DNA of 64,000 nt, from NCBI GenBank assembly GCA_963823555.1, contig CAWGMA010000001.1:1312001-1376000 (forward strand), written 5' to 3'. The notes beneath the pieces are model-generated. The model had not been told where the DNA came from. It made no database searches and saw nothing but the letters and a program-made list of their open reading frames with translations. This DNA comes from Candidatus Eiseniibacteriota bacterium (GTDB lineage: Bacteria; Eisenbacteria; RBG-16-71-46; CAVPCR01). The position numbers and the translations under genes are program-made. Shown here in pieces: positions 8,701-18,044 of this stretch; within the stretch, counting starts at the first letter, position 1; each line of letters starts with the position of its first letter.

Positions 8701-10567
8701 AGGGATGGGTCGCGGTGATGGGAACCGGAGCCCGCCGCCAGACCGGAAGCTCGGGATCGCCGAGCAGGAGCAGCGAGAACTGAAGCCAGCGCGCCGGCGT
8801 CTCGCTGAGCGCCGGGCCGATGAATGGCAGCTTCGACAGCGCCAGGGCCGCTCCGATCGCGGTCACGCTGTCGGCGAAGACGACGTCGTAGAACTCGTTC
8901 TGCAATCCGAACGAGTCTCCGGTGAACGCGACCCGCGAGCTTCCGATGTAGGCCACCCCACCGCCATTCGGATTCTTGAGGAAGCGCTCGCCGATGGCGT
9001 TGAAGTCGAAGGCGGTGGAGGCGCAGTTGACCGCATAGACCATCGATTGCATGGGCCCGTTGACCAGGGCGTCGACATCGGAGTTCTGGAGACTCTCGTT
9101 ACCGACCGACATCGTGTTGCGATAGCCATGTCCGACATGGTGCACGATGCCGAAGCCCGCATTCAGGGAGTCGATCACCACAGCCCGGGTCTCGGGGAGC
9201 GCCCCCGGATAAGCCGCATGGTTCTCGTAGAGCCGGACCTTCCTGAGCGCGGGCGGCAGGCGGGATGCGACCTGCTCGCAGTACGTGGCGCCGTCGAGCG
9301 ATGGCGAGAGACGCTCACCGAGGAGGAGAATCGAAGCGGGATAGCGCGCGCTGACCGCGGCTGCCTGCTCGTAGGCGATCACCTTGTCAACGAAGATCGC
9401 CGCTGCCTCCGGCGTGGAGACCGGTGCCCGACCGACGAAGAGATCGGGGGCCAGATCGGCCTCGTCACCGCCCTGGGACTGACCCGGCGGCCAACCCTCG
9501 CCAAAGGCGGCGTCGCCGTCGGCGTTCCAGTTCCCATCGAGACAGCTGAAGTAGAGATCGGTCGGGATGAGCGATGGCGGTCGATTGAGGGAGTGCGTGG
9601 CGTAGCGCACCGGGATCTGCTCGGAGTCACCGCCGAGGAGCACCCACAGCGTGCCCCAGTGGGCGTAGGCATCGGCCAGGAAGTGGCGGACCTGCTCGGC
9701 GCGGTCCACGCCCGGGTAGCTGGCCCGGATCCACTCGAGAGAACGCACGACGGTCTGCACGCCCTTCTCGGTCTTCCACTGCGCCAGCTCCTGGAAGGCG
9801 CCCGCCAGGGCTTGCGGGGCGATGATGACGTACTCGACGGGGCTGCCATCGATCGTGGGACGGAACGTGGGGCTCCACTGGGCGACCGGACCCGGAGGGA
9901 CGATGCTCTCCGGCTCGGGGCGTTGCCTGAGATCGATCACGGTGGCGGCCATCATCGCCTCCACCTTGGTTTCCCAGGGTGCCGGACGCGCTTCGATTCC
10001 GCGCTCCGTCGAGAAGCGCCCGTCGAGCTCGATCACGGTTTCGGTGGCCAGGAGGAGACCGTCTTCCCGAGGATCGCGGCGGATCGGGCGCACGATCAGG
10101 TGCACGAGCCGCCGGCCGCGGAGCCACGACTCGGCCTCCATGGTGGCGGGTGCCGGCTCCGCGGATGCCGGCTCGGTCGCCGCGGTTGGCCGCGAACGTG
10201 ATGCGGCGCCGTTTCCCGACCCGAGCGTCACCTCGGTGCGCTCGAGCACCCGGCAGGACGTGACCTCGAAATCCTCATCCACGCGGAGGACGAGGCGTAC
10301 GACCGGAAGTCCGGAGGCGTCCGGCGATCCAGCCTTGGATGCGCTGGTGGAGCCGGCGCCCGCATCGCCTGCGGAGACGCCTCCGCGGAGCGCGATCCCC
10401 TCCCCCATCGGGGAGGCATCGCCGATCACATCGGCCGGGGTGAAGCGGATCGTGAAGCGACGCGCCGGCGGGTCTGCCGTCACGTCAAGGCCGGATGCAG
10501 CCACGGTCGCTGGCAGCGCCCAGATAGCGGCGGCGAGGATCCATGCAGACCGACGTGTGGCGTGCAT
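5789..10567 (-). CDS. C25 (gingipain-family) cysteine peptidase with FN3-like domain, FG-GAP/VCBS repeats and FlgD-Ig/T9SS-like C-terminal domain
   Basis: True start MHATRR at 10567 (GGAGA RBS, signal peptide); C25 motifs VLLGGD, TDLYF, VGRAP, HVGHG (His), VNCAS (Cys), LLGDP; repeated DLDGDG..EI; tail PNPFNPETTIRF...GKMVLLK. Confidence 0.85.
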   Translation of the reverse strand: MHATRRSAWILAAAIWALPATVAASGLDVTADPPARRFTIRFTPADVIGDASPMGEGIALRGGVSAGDAGAGSTSASKAGSPDASGLPVVRLVLRVDEDFEVTSCRVLERTEVTLGSGNGAASRSRPTAATEPASAEPAPATMEAESWLRGRRLVHLIVRPIRRDPREDGLLLATETVIELDGRFSTERGIEARPAPWETKVEAMMAATVIDLRQRPEPESIVPPGPVAQWSPTFRPTIDGSPVEYVIIAPQALAGAFQELAQWKTEKGVQTVVRSLEWIRASYPGVDRAEQVRHFLADAYAHWGTLWVLLGGDSEQIPVRYATHSLNRPPSLIPTDLYFSCLDGNWNADGDAAFGEGWPPGQSQGGDEADLAPDLFVGRAPVSTPEAAAIFVDKVIAYEQAAAVSARYPASILLLGERLSPSLDGATYCEQVASRLPPALRKVRLYENHAAYPGALPETRAVVIDSLNAGFGIVHHVGHGYRNTMSVGNESLQNSDVDALVNGPMQSMVYAVNCASTAFDFNAIGERFLKNPNGGGVAYIGSSRVAFTGDSFGLQNEFYDVVFADSVTAIGAALALSKLPFIGPALSETPARWLQFSLLLLGDPELPVWRRAPVPITATHPSTLALGTGAFAVTAHAGGAPLAEARVAVVKAGDPYALGTTAGNGTATFSLNPSTPGTFTVTVTRPDAAPYRATAQVTPAAGSFLHLVQTTVDDDVTPPSSGNGNGSPEAGETLELRVMLKNSGTATATGISGTLSVLGNPSQIEITGATVSYGTIAAQAQSFGTGRFVARILPTAPEAYAPVFQVTITSAQGGFTDTFVLPIRRGNVLHDSHVLADAPPAGNGNGMPEAGETIRYTIAAHNRGPGRSDDVRATLRVLDRVTRTPHPGVAIPDGLADFGDMVSGATMTGDPLVFTLGSAVQPASVLLELTWRDAYGVLAVALADLEPPPPVTNLLGHGTESHITLTWSTPDGTSDIRGYDVLRAATAAGPFARINANLAEGSATYEDAGLPPFTRYYYAVVARDSSFNASVPSAIVSATTTPPLTPGWPIEMGQETSAGVVIDDLDGDGDLELVTGADAIYAWHHDGREVRDGDGQPNTSGVFTTDGQSPDFGFHATPAIADLTGDGDLEIIAVGWTDARVYVWNADGSREPGWPQAIGGDYNWASPAIGDLDLDGDMEIVVASGYQGKIFAWHHDGSEVADGDQNPATQGVLLVTGSAYLYSSPGIANIDADPYPEIVVGTQSMDGKVHALRRTGQVLPGWPVVTRGAVTSSPTFADLDGDGRNEILVASESDSVFVLRGTGASFPGWPRPAIVNSAYGHASSPVPADLDGDGQLDILFAANDGQLHAWTRYGQPLPGFTTALFAQDALNQDATQATPAVVDVDGDGRLEILLGAEDGLIYAWNHDGSDLEGFPIAVQGELRAGTAVWDLDRDGRLELVAASYDRNVYVWDLPGEVHGDRLAWPFFRHDVRNTGALGTPILSIGVGEESAAQGVSSPILYPAAPNPFNPETTIRFVIPGESGGARPVRLRVLDAAGRVVRTLAEGSMGTGEQALRWDGRSDRGGRAASGTYFVALEIGDQFLTGKMVLLK

Positions 10568-10614
10568 CAGATCATTCTCCCGCCGGGCGAAGCCCAAGGC
10601 CGGGCCCGGCCGAT

Positions 10615-11964
10615 CTAGCTGCCTTCGCGGCGGAGGAGGTCCTCGATCGCGGTCAATAGGCCCTGGCCGCGCGGGTGGGCGGCGGCGATGTAGCCCTGGC
10701 GATCGATGAGGAACGCGGCCGGGATGGAACGAATGCCATAGCTCTGCTTGAGTGGGGTGAGCGTGCCGCGGCCCTGCAGGATCTGGGGCCAGGGCATGCC
10801 GCTCAACTTGGTGAACGCGGTGACATCGGTGGCCTTGTTGTCGAGACTGACCCCGACGATCTCGAGACCGCGTTCGCGATACTGCTCGTAGGCGCGCTTG
10901 ACGTACGGGAGCTCGGCGCGGCAGGGTCCACACCACGTAGCCCAGAAGTCGAGCAGCACCATCTTGCCGCGAAGATCGCTCAGGCGAAGCGAGTCGCCAT
11001 CGATCGTTGCCAGGGAGAAGTCGGGAGCCTTCTCGCCGGGCGCCGGGCCAGGCTTCGCGGGCGTGGAGGACATCGCCGGCTGTGTCGGCGGCTTGACGGA
11101 CTTGGCGTCCACGGGCAAGAGCAGCAGGCGGTGCCCGTCGCAGCTCGACTCGCTCACCTTGTAGCCCTGGCTGCCGATGATGAAGGCGCTGCCCAGGCGG
11201 AAGCGCTCGCCGGCGCGGAAGGGATGGCCATCGAGGTGCCCATCGCCATTGACATCGATCACCAGGGCGGCTCCGGGGTGCGTGAAGGGGCTGTCGGAGC
11301 CACCGAGGGTCGTCGGGAGGAGCGCCGCCAGGCGCTCCTTGCCATCGAGCTCGATGGTGCCTTCCCGATATCCGTCGAGCATGACGACGATCCCGTTCGA
11401 GAGTCCCATCGCGACCTGTCGCGCCGCCTTGTCGCTCTCGTAGCGCCGGAAGATCGCGGGTAGCTCGAGGGGTTCGCCGCTGTCCTGGCAAACCAGCTGC
11501 AAGTTGACGGTCACGCTCGGCAGCTGAAGCTGACCGTCCTTGACAGGTCCGTAGCTTCCGGTCCATGCAAGTCGTTTGTCATCAGTGAGATCTTCGTTGT
11601 CGTTGAGATCCAGGATGAGACCCTCTGTGCCGTCGGACCGGCTGTAGACAGCCAGGGACAAGGCTCCATCCGGGCTTCCGTTCGGGAGCGCCCCGTAGAG
11701 CACCTGGTCCCCCACATCGGCGGGTCTTGCCTTCAGGATCTCCCCCGGCTCGGCCCCGAGCGGGACGGGGATGTTTCCGGGAATCTGCACGATGGGCAGG
11801 ATCCCCGTCTTGTCGGCAAGGTGGATCTCGATCCCGGAATCAGCTCGCGCCTCGGCTCCGAGAAGAGCGATGGCCACCAGGCCGAGGCCCACCACGGGCG
11901 AGAGGAAGGGGGTCTTCGACGCAACCGGGATCGTGGAGCGGGAGCGAATGGACAGTTTGTTCAT
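10615..11964 (-). CDS. Exported TlpA/ResA-like thiol-disulfide oxidoreductase with long N-terminal domain
   Basis: APDFSL...LRGKMVLLDFWATWCGPC, YGIRSIP; N-terminal hydrophobic signal. Confidence 0.85.
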   Translation of the reverse strand: MNKLSIRSRSTIPVASKTPFLSPVVGLGLVAIALLGAEARADSGIEIHLADKTGILPIVQIPGNIPVPLGAEPGEILKARPADVGDQVLYGALPNGSPDGALSLAVYSRSDGTEGLILDLNDNEDLTDDKRLAWTGSYGPVKDGQLQLPSVTVNLQLVCQDSGEPLELPAIFRRYESDKAARQVAMGLSNGIVVMLDGYREGTIELDGKERLAALLPTTLGGSDSPFTHPGAALVIDVNGDGHLDGHPFRAGERFRLGSAFIIGSQGYKVSESSCDGHRLLLLPVDAKSVKPPTQPAMSSTPAKPGPAPGEKAPDFSLATIDGDSLRLSDLRGKMVLLDFWATWCGPCRAELPYVKRAYEQYRERGLEIVGVSLDNKATDVTAFTKLSGMPWPQILQGRGTLTPLKQSYGIRSIPAAFLIDRQGYIAAAHPRGQGLLTAIEDLLRREGS

Positions 11965-12141
11965 AGGTCTGGGAATCAGATTGCGTTCAGTCGTGGCCTG
12001 GGGGGGGCGAAGGGGGCCAATCGATGAGCGGACCTATCGTCGGGGACGCATCGATCGGCGACTCGGCCCTCAATTCTACAGAATCCGGGTCCGGAGAGCC
12101 AGGGCGGTGCTTTCCGGGCAGCTCTCTCCCCCGGCCGTCCC

Positions 12142-14730
12142 CTAGCCGACGACGAGATTCACGAGCTTGTCAGGGACCACGATCGCCTTCCTGAGGGACT
12201 TTCCGGCGAGGTGGGCCTGGACCCGGGGGTCCTTCAGGGCCAGCTCCCTGGCTTCATCCTCGGAGATGCCGGCCGGGGCCTCCAGCCGGGAACGGACCTT
12301 GCCATTCACCTGGACCACCAGGGTGATCGTCTCGGCGGCGGCGAGGGTCGGATCGTGCGCCGGCCATGAGTGCCGGAAGATCGAGGTCGGATGGTCCAGG
12401 CGCTGCCACAGCTCCTCGGCGATGTGCGGGGCGAATGGGGCCAGGAGGAGCATGAGAGCCTCGAGCGTCTCCTTGAGCGCGCGTCCCTCGGGACGATCGG
12501 GGGCGAGCGTTCCCGCCGCCAGGCAGCTGGCGGCGAACAGCGTGGCCGTGTTGGTCTGCTCCATGAGGGCGCTCACCGCCGTGTTGAGGTGGAGCCGGTC
12601 GACGTCCTGGGTCACGCGCTGAATCGTGCGATGGGTGGTCCGGCGCAGATCGCGGACGCTCGGTGATTCCTCATCGGTCCCGGTCCCGGCCGTTCCGAGC
12701 ACTGCGGCTCGCGGCAGCTGGTCGAGGTGATCGGTGACCAGGCGCCAAACCCGGCCCAGGAAACGGTACGTGCCGTCGACGGCGCGGTCGTTCCACTCGG
12801 CATCCTTCTCCGGCGGGCCGACGAAGAGCGTGTAGAGCCGGACGGTGTCCGCCCCGTAGCGCGCGATCAGCTCGTCCGGGCTCACCGTGTTGCCCTTCGA
12901 CTTCGACATCTTCGCGCCGTCCTTGCAGATCATGCCCTGGGTGAACAGCGCGGCGAACGGTTCCTCGAAGCCGATCAGCCCCTCATCATGGAGGACCTTG
13001 GTCACGAAGCGCGAATACATGAGATGGAGGATGGCGTGCTCGACACCACCGATGTACTGGTCGACGGGCAGCCAGCGATCGACCAGCTCGCGCGCGAAGG
13101 GTCGGGCGCTGTCATGGGGCGAGAGGTAGCGCAGGAAGTACCAGCTCGAGTCGACGAACGTGTCCATGGTGTCGGTCTCGCGCCGGGCCTCGCGGCCGCA
13201 GCGCGGACAGCTCACGCGGTAGAACGACTCGATCTCCTTGAGCGGCGACTCGCCAGTGGGCTTGAACCGGATGCTCCGGGGCAGGAGCACCGGTAGATCC
13301 TCGTCAGGCACGGGCACGGTGCCGCAGTCGGCGCAGTAGATGATGGGGATCGGCGCCCCCCAGTAGCGTTGGCGGGAGATCAGCCAGTCGCGAAGCCGGT
13401 AGTTGATCGTGCGCCGGCCCTTCCCCGTGGCGGCGAAGTCGGTCATCAGGCGCTCGCGCCCGACGTCGCTCTCGAGCCCCGAGTAGGAGCCCGAGTCGAC
13501 CATGGTGCCCTCCCCCTCGTAGGCGGCTTCCAGCTCGACGCCGCTCCGGACGTGCGCCGGATCAGGAGCGATCACGGTGCGCACCGGGATCGAGTAGGCA
13601 CGCGCGAATTCGAAGTCACGCTGGTCGTGCGCGGGGACCGCCATGATGGCGCCCGTGCCGTAGGTGGCGAGCACATAGTTGGCGACCCAGATCGGGATCT
13701 CGTCCCCGTTGGCCGGGTTCACGGCATGGACACCCGTGAAGACTCCCTCCTTGGGAACCTGTTCATCCGGCCGATGCACGGTGGCGTTGTAGCGGGCGGC
13801 GAAGTCGGCGATGGCGCGGCCGTGCTCGCCCCCCCGCGCGGCGAGCCGGCGGGTCAAGGCATGCCCGGGTGAGAGCACGAGGAAGGTGGCTCCAAAGAGC
13901 GTATCGGCCCGCGTGGTGAAGCAGACGAGCGGGTCGGCCTCCCCTGCCACGGGGAAGCGGATTTCGAGCCCCTCCGAGCGCCCGATCCAGTTTCGCTGCA
14001 TGACAAGCACGCGTTCCGGCCAGCTCGTGAGCTGATCCAGGTCGCTGAGCAGCCGATCGGCGTAATCGGTGATCCGGAAGTACCACTGGTCGAGATCGCG
14101 CGTCTCGACGGGTGTATCGCAGCGTTCGCAAGCGCCGCCCACGACCTGCTCATTGGCGAGCACGGTGTTGCAGCTTGGGCACCAGTTGACCGCGCCGGCG
14201 GCGCGATAGGCCAAACCGCGGTGGAAGAGGCGAAGGAAGATCCACTGCGTCCACCGGTAATAGTCGGGATCGGACGAGGCCACTTCCCGGCTCCAGTCGT
14301 AGCCCAGACCCCAGGCGCCGAGCTGTCGCTTCATGATCGCGATGTTGCTCTTCGTCCAGTCCTCGGGATGGATCCCGCTGGCGATCGCCGCATTCTCGGC
14401 AGGGAGGCCGAAGGCATCCCATCCCATTGGACAGAGAACATCGTCCCCATGCATGAGGCGGTAACGCACGATCACATCGCCGAGGATGTAATTGCGCCCG
14501 TGACCGACGTGCAAGGTTCCCGAGGGATAAGGGAACATGTTGAGGCAGTAGAACTTCCGATTCGGAGACGCGACCGCAGGCTGAAATAGACCGTCCTCGT
14601 CCCAGCGCTGGCGCCAGCGTGGTTCATACTCGGCAAAGGGGAATGCCGCCTCATCGTCGTGATCTCGGGTGGCACCCAGGCCAGCGCCGCCGCTGGGTGC
14701 TGGATGCTCCGGGCTTTCTGGTGTCCTCAC
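12142..14730 (-). CDS. leuS: Leucine--tRNA ligase
   Basis: MFPYPSG.LHVGH, GWDAFGLPAENAA, DWLISRQRYWG, KMSKS; GTG start with GAGGA RBS. Confidence 0.97.
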   Translation of the reverse strand: MRTPESPEHPAPSGGAGLGATRDHDDEAAFPFAEYEPRWRQRWDEDGLFQPAVASPNRKFYCLNMFPYPSGTLHVGHGRNYILGDVIVRYRLMHGDDVLCPMGWDAFGLPAENAAIASGIHPEDWTKSNIAIMKRQLGAWGLGYDWSREVASSDPDYYRWTQWIFLRLFHRGLAYRAAGAVNWCPSCNTVLANEQVVGGACERCDTPVETRDLDQWYFRITDYADRLLSDLDQLTSWPERVLVMQRNWIGRSEGLEIRFPVAGEADPLVCFTTRADTLFGATFLVLSPGHALTRRLAARGGEHGRAIADFAARYNATVHRPDEQVPKEGVFTGVHAVNPANGDEIPIWVANYVLATYGTGAIMAVPAHDQRDFEFARAYSIPVRTVIAPDPAHVRSGVELEAAYEGEGTMVDSGSYSGLESDVGRERLMTDFAATGKGRRTINYRLRDWLISRQRYWGAPIPIIYCADCGTVPVPDEDLPVLLPRSIRFKPTGESPLKEIESFYRVSCPRCGREARRETDTMDTFVDSSWYFLRYLSPHDSARPFARELVDRWLPVDQYIGGVEHAILHLMYSRFVTKVLHDEGLIGFEEPFAALFTQGMICKDGAKMSKSKGNTVSPDELIARYGADTVRLYTLFVGPPEKDAEWNDRAVDGTYRFLGRVWRLVTDHLDQLPRAAVLGTAGTGTDEESPSVRDLRRTTHRTIQRVTQDVDRLHLNTAVSALMEQTNTATLFAASCLAAGTLAPDRPEGRALKETLEALMLLLAPFAPHIAEELWQRLDHPTSIFRHSWPAHDPTLAAAETITLVVQVNGKVRSRLEAPAGISEDEARELALKDPRVQAHLAGKSLRKAIVVPDKLVNLVVG

Positions 14731-14740
14731 GCTCGATTCC

Positions 14741-15742
14741 TCATGGGCCGGTGCTGTCAGCGAGGCGGTCGTTGACCGCAAGCAGCCGCCGGGCCTCAGC
14801 CGCCTTCCAGGTTTCCTCGCCAGCGCTCTCTGCCACGGATTCCAGCTGCGTCCGCGCCGCCTGGATCTCGCCCAGGATCAGGAGAACGTGGCCACGGCGG
14901 AGTCCGGCCTCGATCCGTCGCGGTGACGCGGGATAGGCAGCCATGAACCGGTCCAGGATCTCGCGGGCTCCGGCAAGATCACCCCGCTCGGTACGCACGA
15001 TGGCGAGATCGAGGACGGCATCCGCTTCATGGCTGGATCCGGCGTGTGGTCCAGCGGGAGTGAGCGAGGCCAGGAGCGGCTCGGCCTCCGCGATGGAGCC
15101 ATGGGCCATCAGCTCATCGGCGAATGCGTAGATCAGGGCGGGATTCTCGCGATCCTCCTGCCATTCCTCCATGCGCGCAAGCAAAGGGTCGGCCATGGCG
15201 ACCACCGCGTCCATGGCGGCTGCAAACGGCGTCGCCTGGACGAAGCCGGTGACGCGATCGATCTCCTTGCCGTGCCGATCGAGGAAGAGGATGGTCGGGA
15301 GCCCCCGGATCCCGTACTGGCGTCCGATCTGAGGCTCGCGATCCGCGTTGACCTTGGCGCAGGTCATCCCTTCCGCGCGTTCGATGACCGGCGCCTGGGA
15401 GTAGGTTCGGCGGTCGAGTTCGTGGCACCAGCGGCACCACTGAGCCCAGATATCGACCATCACCGGGCGGCGGAGCATGGCGGCCTGCTCGAGGGCCTGG
15501 TCGAGTTCCGTGACCCAGGCGATCTCACCGGCCTTGCCTCCACCCAGGGTGAGCTCCGTGCCGACCGGCGCCGGAGCCGCCGCCAGCGCCAGACCGGACG
15601 CGGTGGCCAGCCAGGCCGACAGCACGAGGGTCAGGAGCCGGGCAGCCGGCGGCGGCTGCTTCCACCTGCTCTCCAGGCGGGCGGTCGCGGTTGGATTCAC
15701 ATCTGGCGCCATCGCGGTGTGCCTCGGGAGACTCGTGGCCAA
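14741..15742 (-). CDS. Exported thioredoxin-fold protein with C-terminal TPR region
   Basis: VMVDIWAQWCRWC, YGIRGLPT; TPR-like helices (YPASPRRIEA); start may be Met at 15712. Confidence 0.8.
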   Translation of the reverse strand: MATSLPRHTAMAPDVNPTATARLESRWKQPPPAARLLTLVLSAWLATASGLALAAAPAPVGTELTLGGGKAGEIAWVTELDQALEQAAMLRRPVMVDIWAQWCRWCHELDRRTYSQAPVIERAEGMTCAKVNADREPQIGRQYGIRGLPTILFLDRHGKEIDRVTGFVQATPFAAAMDAVVAMADPLLARMEEWQEDRENPALIYAFADELMAHGSIAEAEPLLASLTPAGPHAGSSHEADAVLDLAIVRTERGDLAGAREILDRFMAAYPASPRRIEAGLRRGHVLLILGEIQAARTQLESVAESAGEETWKAAEARRLLAVNDRLADSTGP

Positions 15743-15822
15743 AGGCCAGCCAATACGGCGAGCGGTCGGTTGCGCGCAACCGACCGCCGCGGGAACGGAC
15801 CCTTGTTCCGAACCGCCGGGCG

Positions 15823-16149
15823 TCAGCTCAGGACCTTCTCGACTCGCTTCAGGATCTCGCCCTTGGGCTGGGCGCCGACAATCGTGTCGACCACCTCTCC
15901 ACCCTTGAAGAAGAGCAGGGAGGGAATGGAGCGGATGCCGAAGCGCGAGGCCGTCTGGTTCGCGTAGTCAACGTTTACCTTCCCCACCTTGAGCTTCCCG
16001 GAGTACTGCTGAGCGATCTCCTCGACGATCGGGCTGATGGCGCGGCACGGGCCGCACCATTCGGCCCAGAAGTCGACGATCACCGGATCGCTCGACTGGA
16101 TCACCTCGCTGTCGAAGTTGGCATCGGTGAGCTCGATCATCCCCTTCAT
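15823..16149 (-). CDS. trxA: Thioredoxin
   Basis: VDFWAEWCGPC, FGIRSIPSL, 108 aa. Confidence 0.97.
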   Translation of the reverse strand: MKGMIELTDANFDSEVIQSSDPVIVDFWAEWCGPCRAISPIVEEIAQQYSGKLKVGKVNVDYANQTASRFGIRSIPSLLFFKGGEVVDTIVGAQPKGEILKRVEKVLS

Positions 16150-16314
16150 TCGCGGTCGTCTCCTTAGGTTGGCTGCGGACGGGGCCTGGAACCCGCCGGT
16201 GAGCGCGGCCCCGGCTGGGCGCTTTCCTTACTGAAACTTTGGATGCGGGCTGGTGGCCGGGCGATGCCGCAACTTTGCGGGTGCCGTGGCCGGCCCGAGA
16301 GGCAAAAGCGCCTC

Positions 16315-16343
16315 ATTGTACGGTGAACTATCGGTTCCGTAAA
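16315..16343 (-). promoter_or_regulatory. Sigma70-type promoter for trxA region (TTTACG-N17-TACAAT)
   Basis: Near-consensus hexamers with 17-nt spacer overlapping the holA stop. Confidence 0.6.
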
Positions 16344-17518
16344 GCTGCGCTCCGCCTGCCTGCTGGCCCCGCCTTGCGTGCCGGGCCAGGTCGATGGTCT
16401 TGAGCACGCCCCGCCTCGCCTCTCGCCTCCCCCTGGGCGGCGGCTCGCTTGCCCGGGGACGCCGCGCCGAGGATCCGATGCAGGAGCGCCTCGAGAACGA
16501 GCTGATCGCCGTGTCTCTGGCGCGGCAGCGGCATGCCGCCTTCACCGCCCTTGAGCAGGCGATCGGCAGCGTAGAGCGCGGTGATGGCCCTGGCGAGATC
16601 GTCTTGGGTCCACCGCCGAGCGCAGGCTCGGACCTCGTCACGAAACCAGCCGCGGGCGCCGTGGCCCAGCCGCCAGAGATCCGTGATGCGGTAGTTGAGG
16701 AAGCCGAGCACGCGCAGCGGTTCCTCGCCCGCCTCCAGCACTCGTCCCAGTGACTTGAGGGATCGGGGCAGGTCGCGCTCGCTGACCGCGGACACCAGTT
16801 CGTCGAGCGTGGAACCGAGGCCGCCAGCGACGACGCGATTGACCTCTTCGGCCTTGACCGGCTGGCCCGGGCCCACGAACAGGGAGACCTTTTCGATCTC
16901 CCCAGCCAGTGTCGACAGCTGGGAGCCGGCGAGCAGGAGCAGCTGTTCGGCTGCGTCGGGGGTCGCCTTGTGCCCGAGGGCCTGAAAGCGCATGGCGATC
17001 CACCGCGGCAACATGGCAACCGGAAGCTCATCAACGGGGATCACGGTCGTGCGCTGGCGTATCTCGCGCGTGAACGTGAGCCGTCCGTCCAGCTTGGCGG
17101 CAAGGAGCACGAGCACGGTGGATTCGGCTGCTGCCGCCAGGCCGGGCAACAGCGCATCGCGATCCCCCTTGCGCAGGCGTTCGACCCCGTCGACGATGAC
17201 AAGGCGCCGCTCGCCGAACATCGGCATGCCGGCGGCCGCCGCCAGAATATCCTCGACCCGGGACTCCGCTCCGGAGAAGACCTGGCGGTTGAATGCTCGT
17301 GTCGATGGATCGTCGCCCAGGGTGGCGTCCTCGATGCGTTTGAGCACCTCCCGGCGGAGGAGGATCTCCTCTCCCTCGAGCAAGTAGATGCTGCGGATCG
17401 TGCGCTGCGCCAGTTCCTTGCCGAGCGCGTCAAGGGACAGTGTGCCGCCGCCCCGAGCTCCGGCCGGGGAGCGACTGCCCGAACCGGAACTCGAACGGGT
17501 TCCCTTGCTTGCGGCCAT
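16328..17518 (-). CDS. holA: DNA polymerase III subunit delta
   Basis: IYLLEGEE..L, PMFGERRLVIV, EIEKVSL; directly downstream of lptE as in the conserved lptE-holA pair. Confidence 0.9.
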   Translation of the reverse strand: MAASKGTRSSSGSGSRSPAGARGGGTLSLDALGKELAQRTIRSIYLLEGEEILLRREVLKRIEDATLGDDPSTRAFNRQVFSGAESRVEDILAAAAGMPMFGERRLVIVDGVERLRKGDRDALLPGLAAAAESTVLVLLAAKLDGRLTFTREIRQRTTVIPVDELPVAMLPRWIAMRFQALGHKATPDAAEQLLLLAGSQLSTLAGEIEKVSLFVGPGQPVKAEEVNRVVAGGLGSTLDELVSAVSERDLPRSLKSLGRVLEAGEEPLRVLGFLNYRITDLWRLGHGARGWFRDEVRACARRWTQDDLARAITALYAADRLLKGGEGGMPLPRQRHGDQLVLEALLHRILGAASPGKRAAAQGEARGEAGRAQDHRPGPARKAGPAGRRSAALRNR

Positions 17519-18039
17519 CAGTTCCAGCTCCTCACGGTCCGGTTCAGGATGTCCGAGGCCAGTTGCCGCACGGCCTCAGCGCGGCCGCTGACCTCGTCCT
17601 GCGGTTCCTGCCCGGTGGTGGCGACGACGTAGTAGGTGGTGCGGCCAAACATCGAGTCCTCGGTCCACAGGGTCTTCCGCTTCACCAGATCCTTGAACTC
17701 GATCTCGACCTCGACGATCACTTCATACTGCTGGGTCTCCCCCTTGGCGTCATAGCCGAAGACACGGTTCTCGTAGCGCACGATCCGGCCATAGAGCCCC
17801 GAGTCGGCCCGGGCCTCGGGTACGACCTGGAGCGTGTTGTCGAGCACGAACTCGCGGGTGATCTGCTGCGTCAAGTCCTGCTCGAGACCGGGCTCGGTGG
17901 TCGAGTTGATGAAGACCGGGATGGCGACCGTGCGGATGTGCGACGGCAGCCGGCTGGGCGTGAAGGAGTACACGCCACAACCGTTTCCGGCCATGATGGC
18001 CGCGAGGAGGGCGAGCCCGATGGCAATCCGCTTCCCCAT
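17518..18039 (-). CDS. lptE: LptE family LPS-assembly lipoprotein
   Basis: Lipoprotein signal ending GNGC, CG.YSF, IRTVAIPVFINSTTEPGLE; AGGAG RBS; adjacent to holA. Confidence 0.85.
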   Translation of the reverse strand: MGKRIAIGLALLAAIMAGNGCGVYSFTPSRLPSHIRTVAIPVFINSTTEPGLEQDLTQQITREFVLDNTLQVVPEARADSGLYGRIVRYENRVFGYDAKGETQQYEVIVEVEIEFKDLVKRKTLWTEDSMFGRTTYYVVATTGQEPQDEVSGRAEAVRQLASDILNRTVRSWN

Positions 18040-18044
18040 CGCTC

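Noticed and set aside
7982..10201. Long + strand ORFs antisense to real genes (also 18177-20171, 32897-34789, 48423-49823, 59095-60339)
   Set aside because: Typical stop-poor antisense frames in high-GC DNA; no motifs
10568..11566. N-terminal 333 aa of the 1925-aa ORF
   Set aside because: Arg/Pro-rich shadow frame overlapping the TlpA-like gene; RBS and signal peptide mark 10567 as the start
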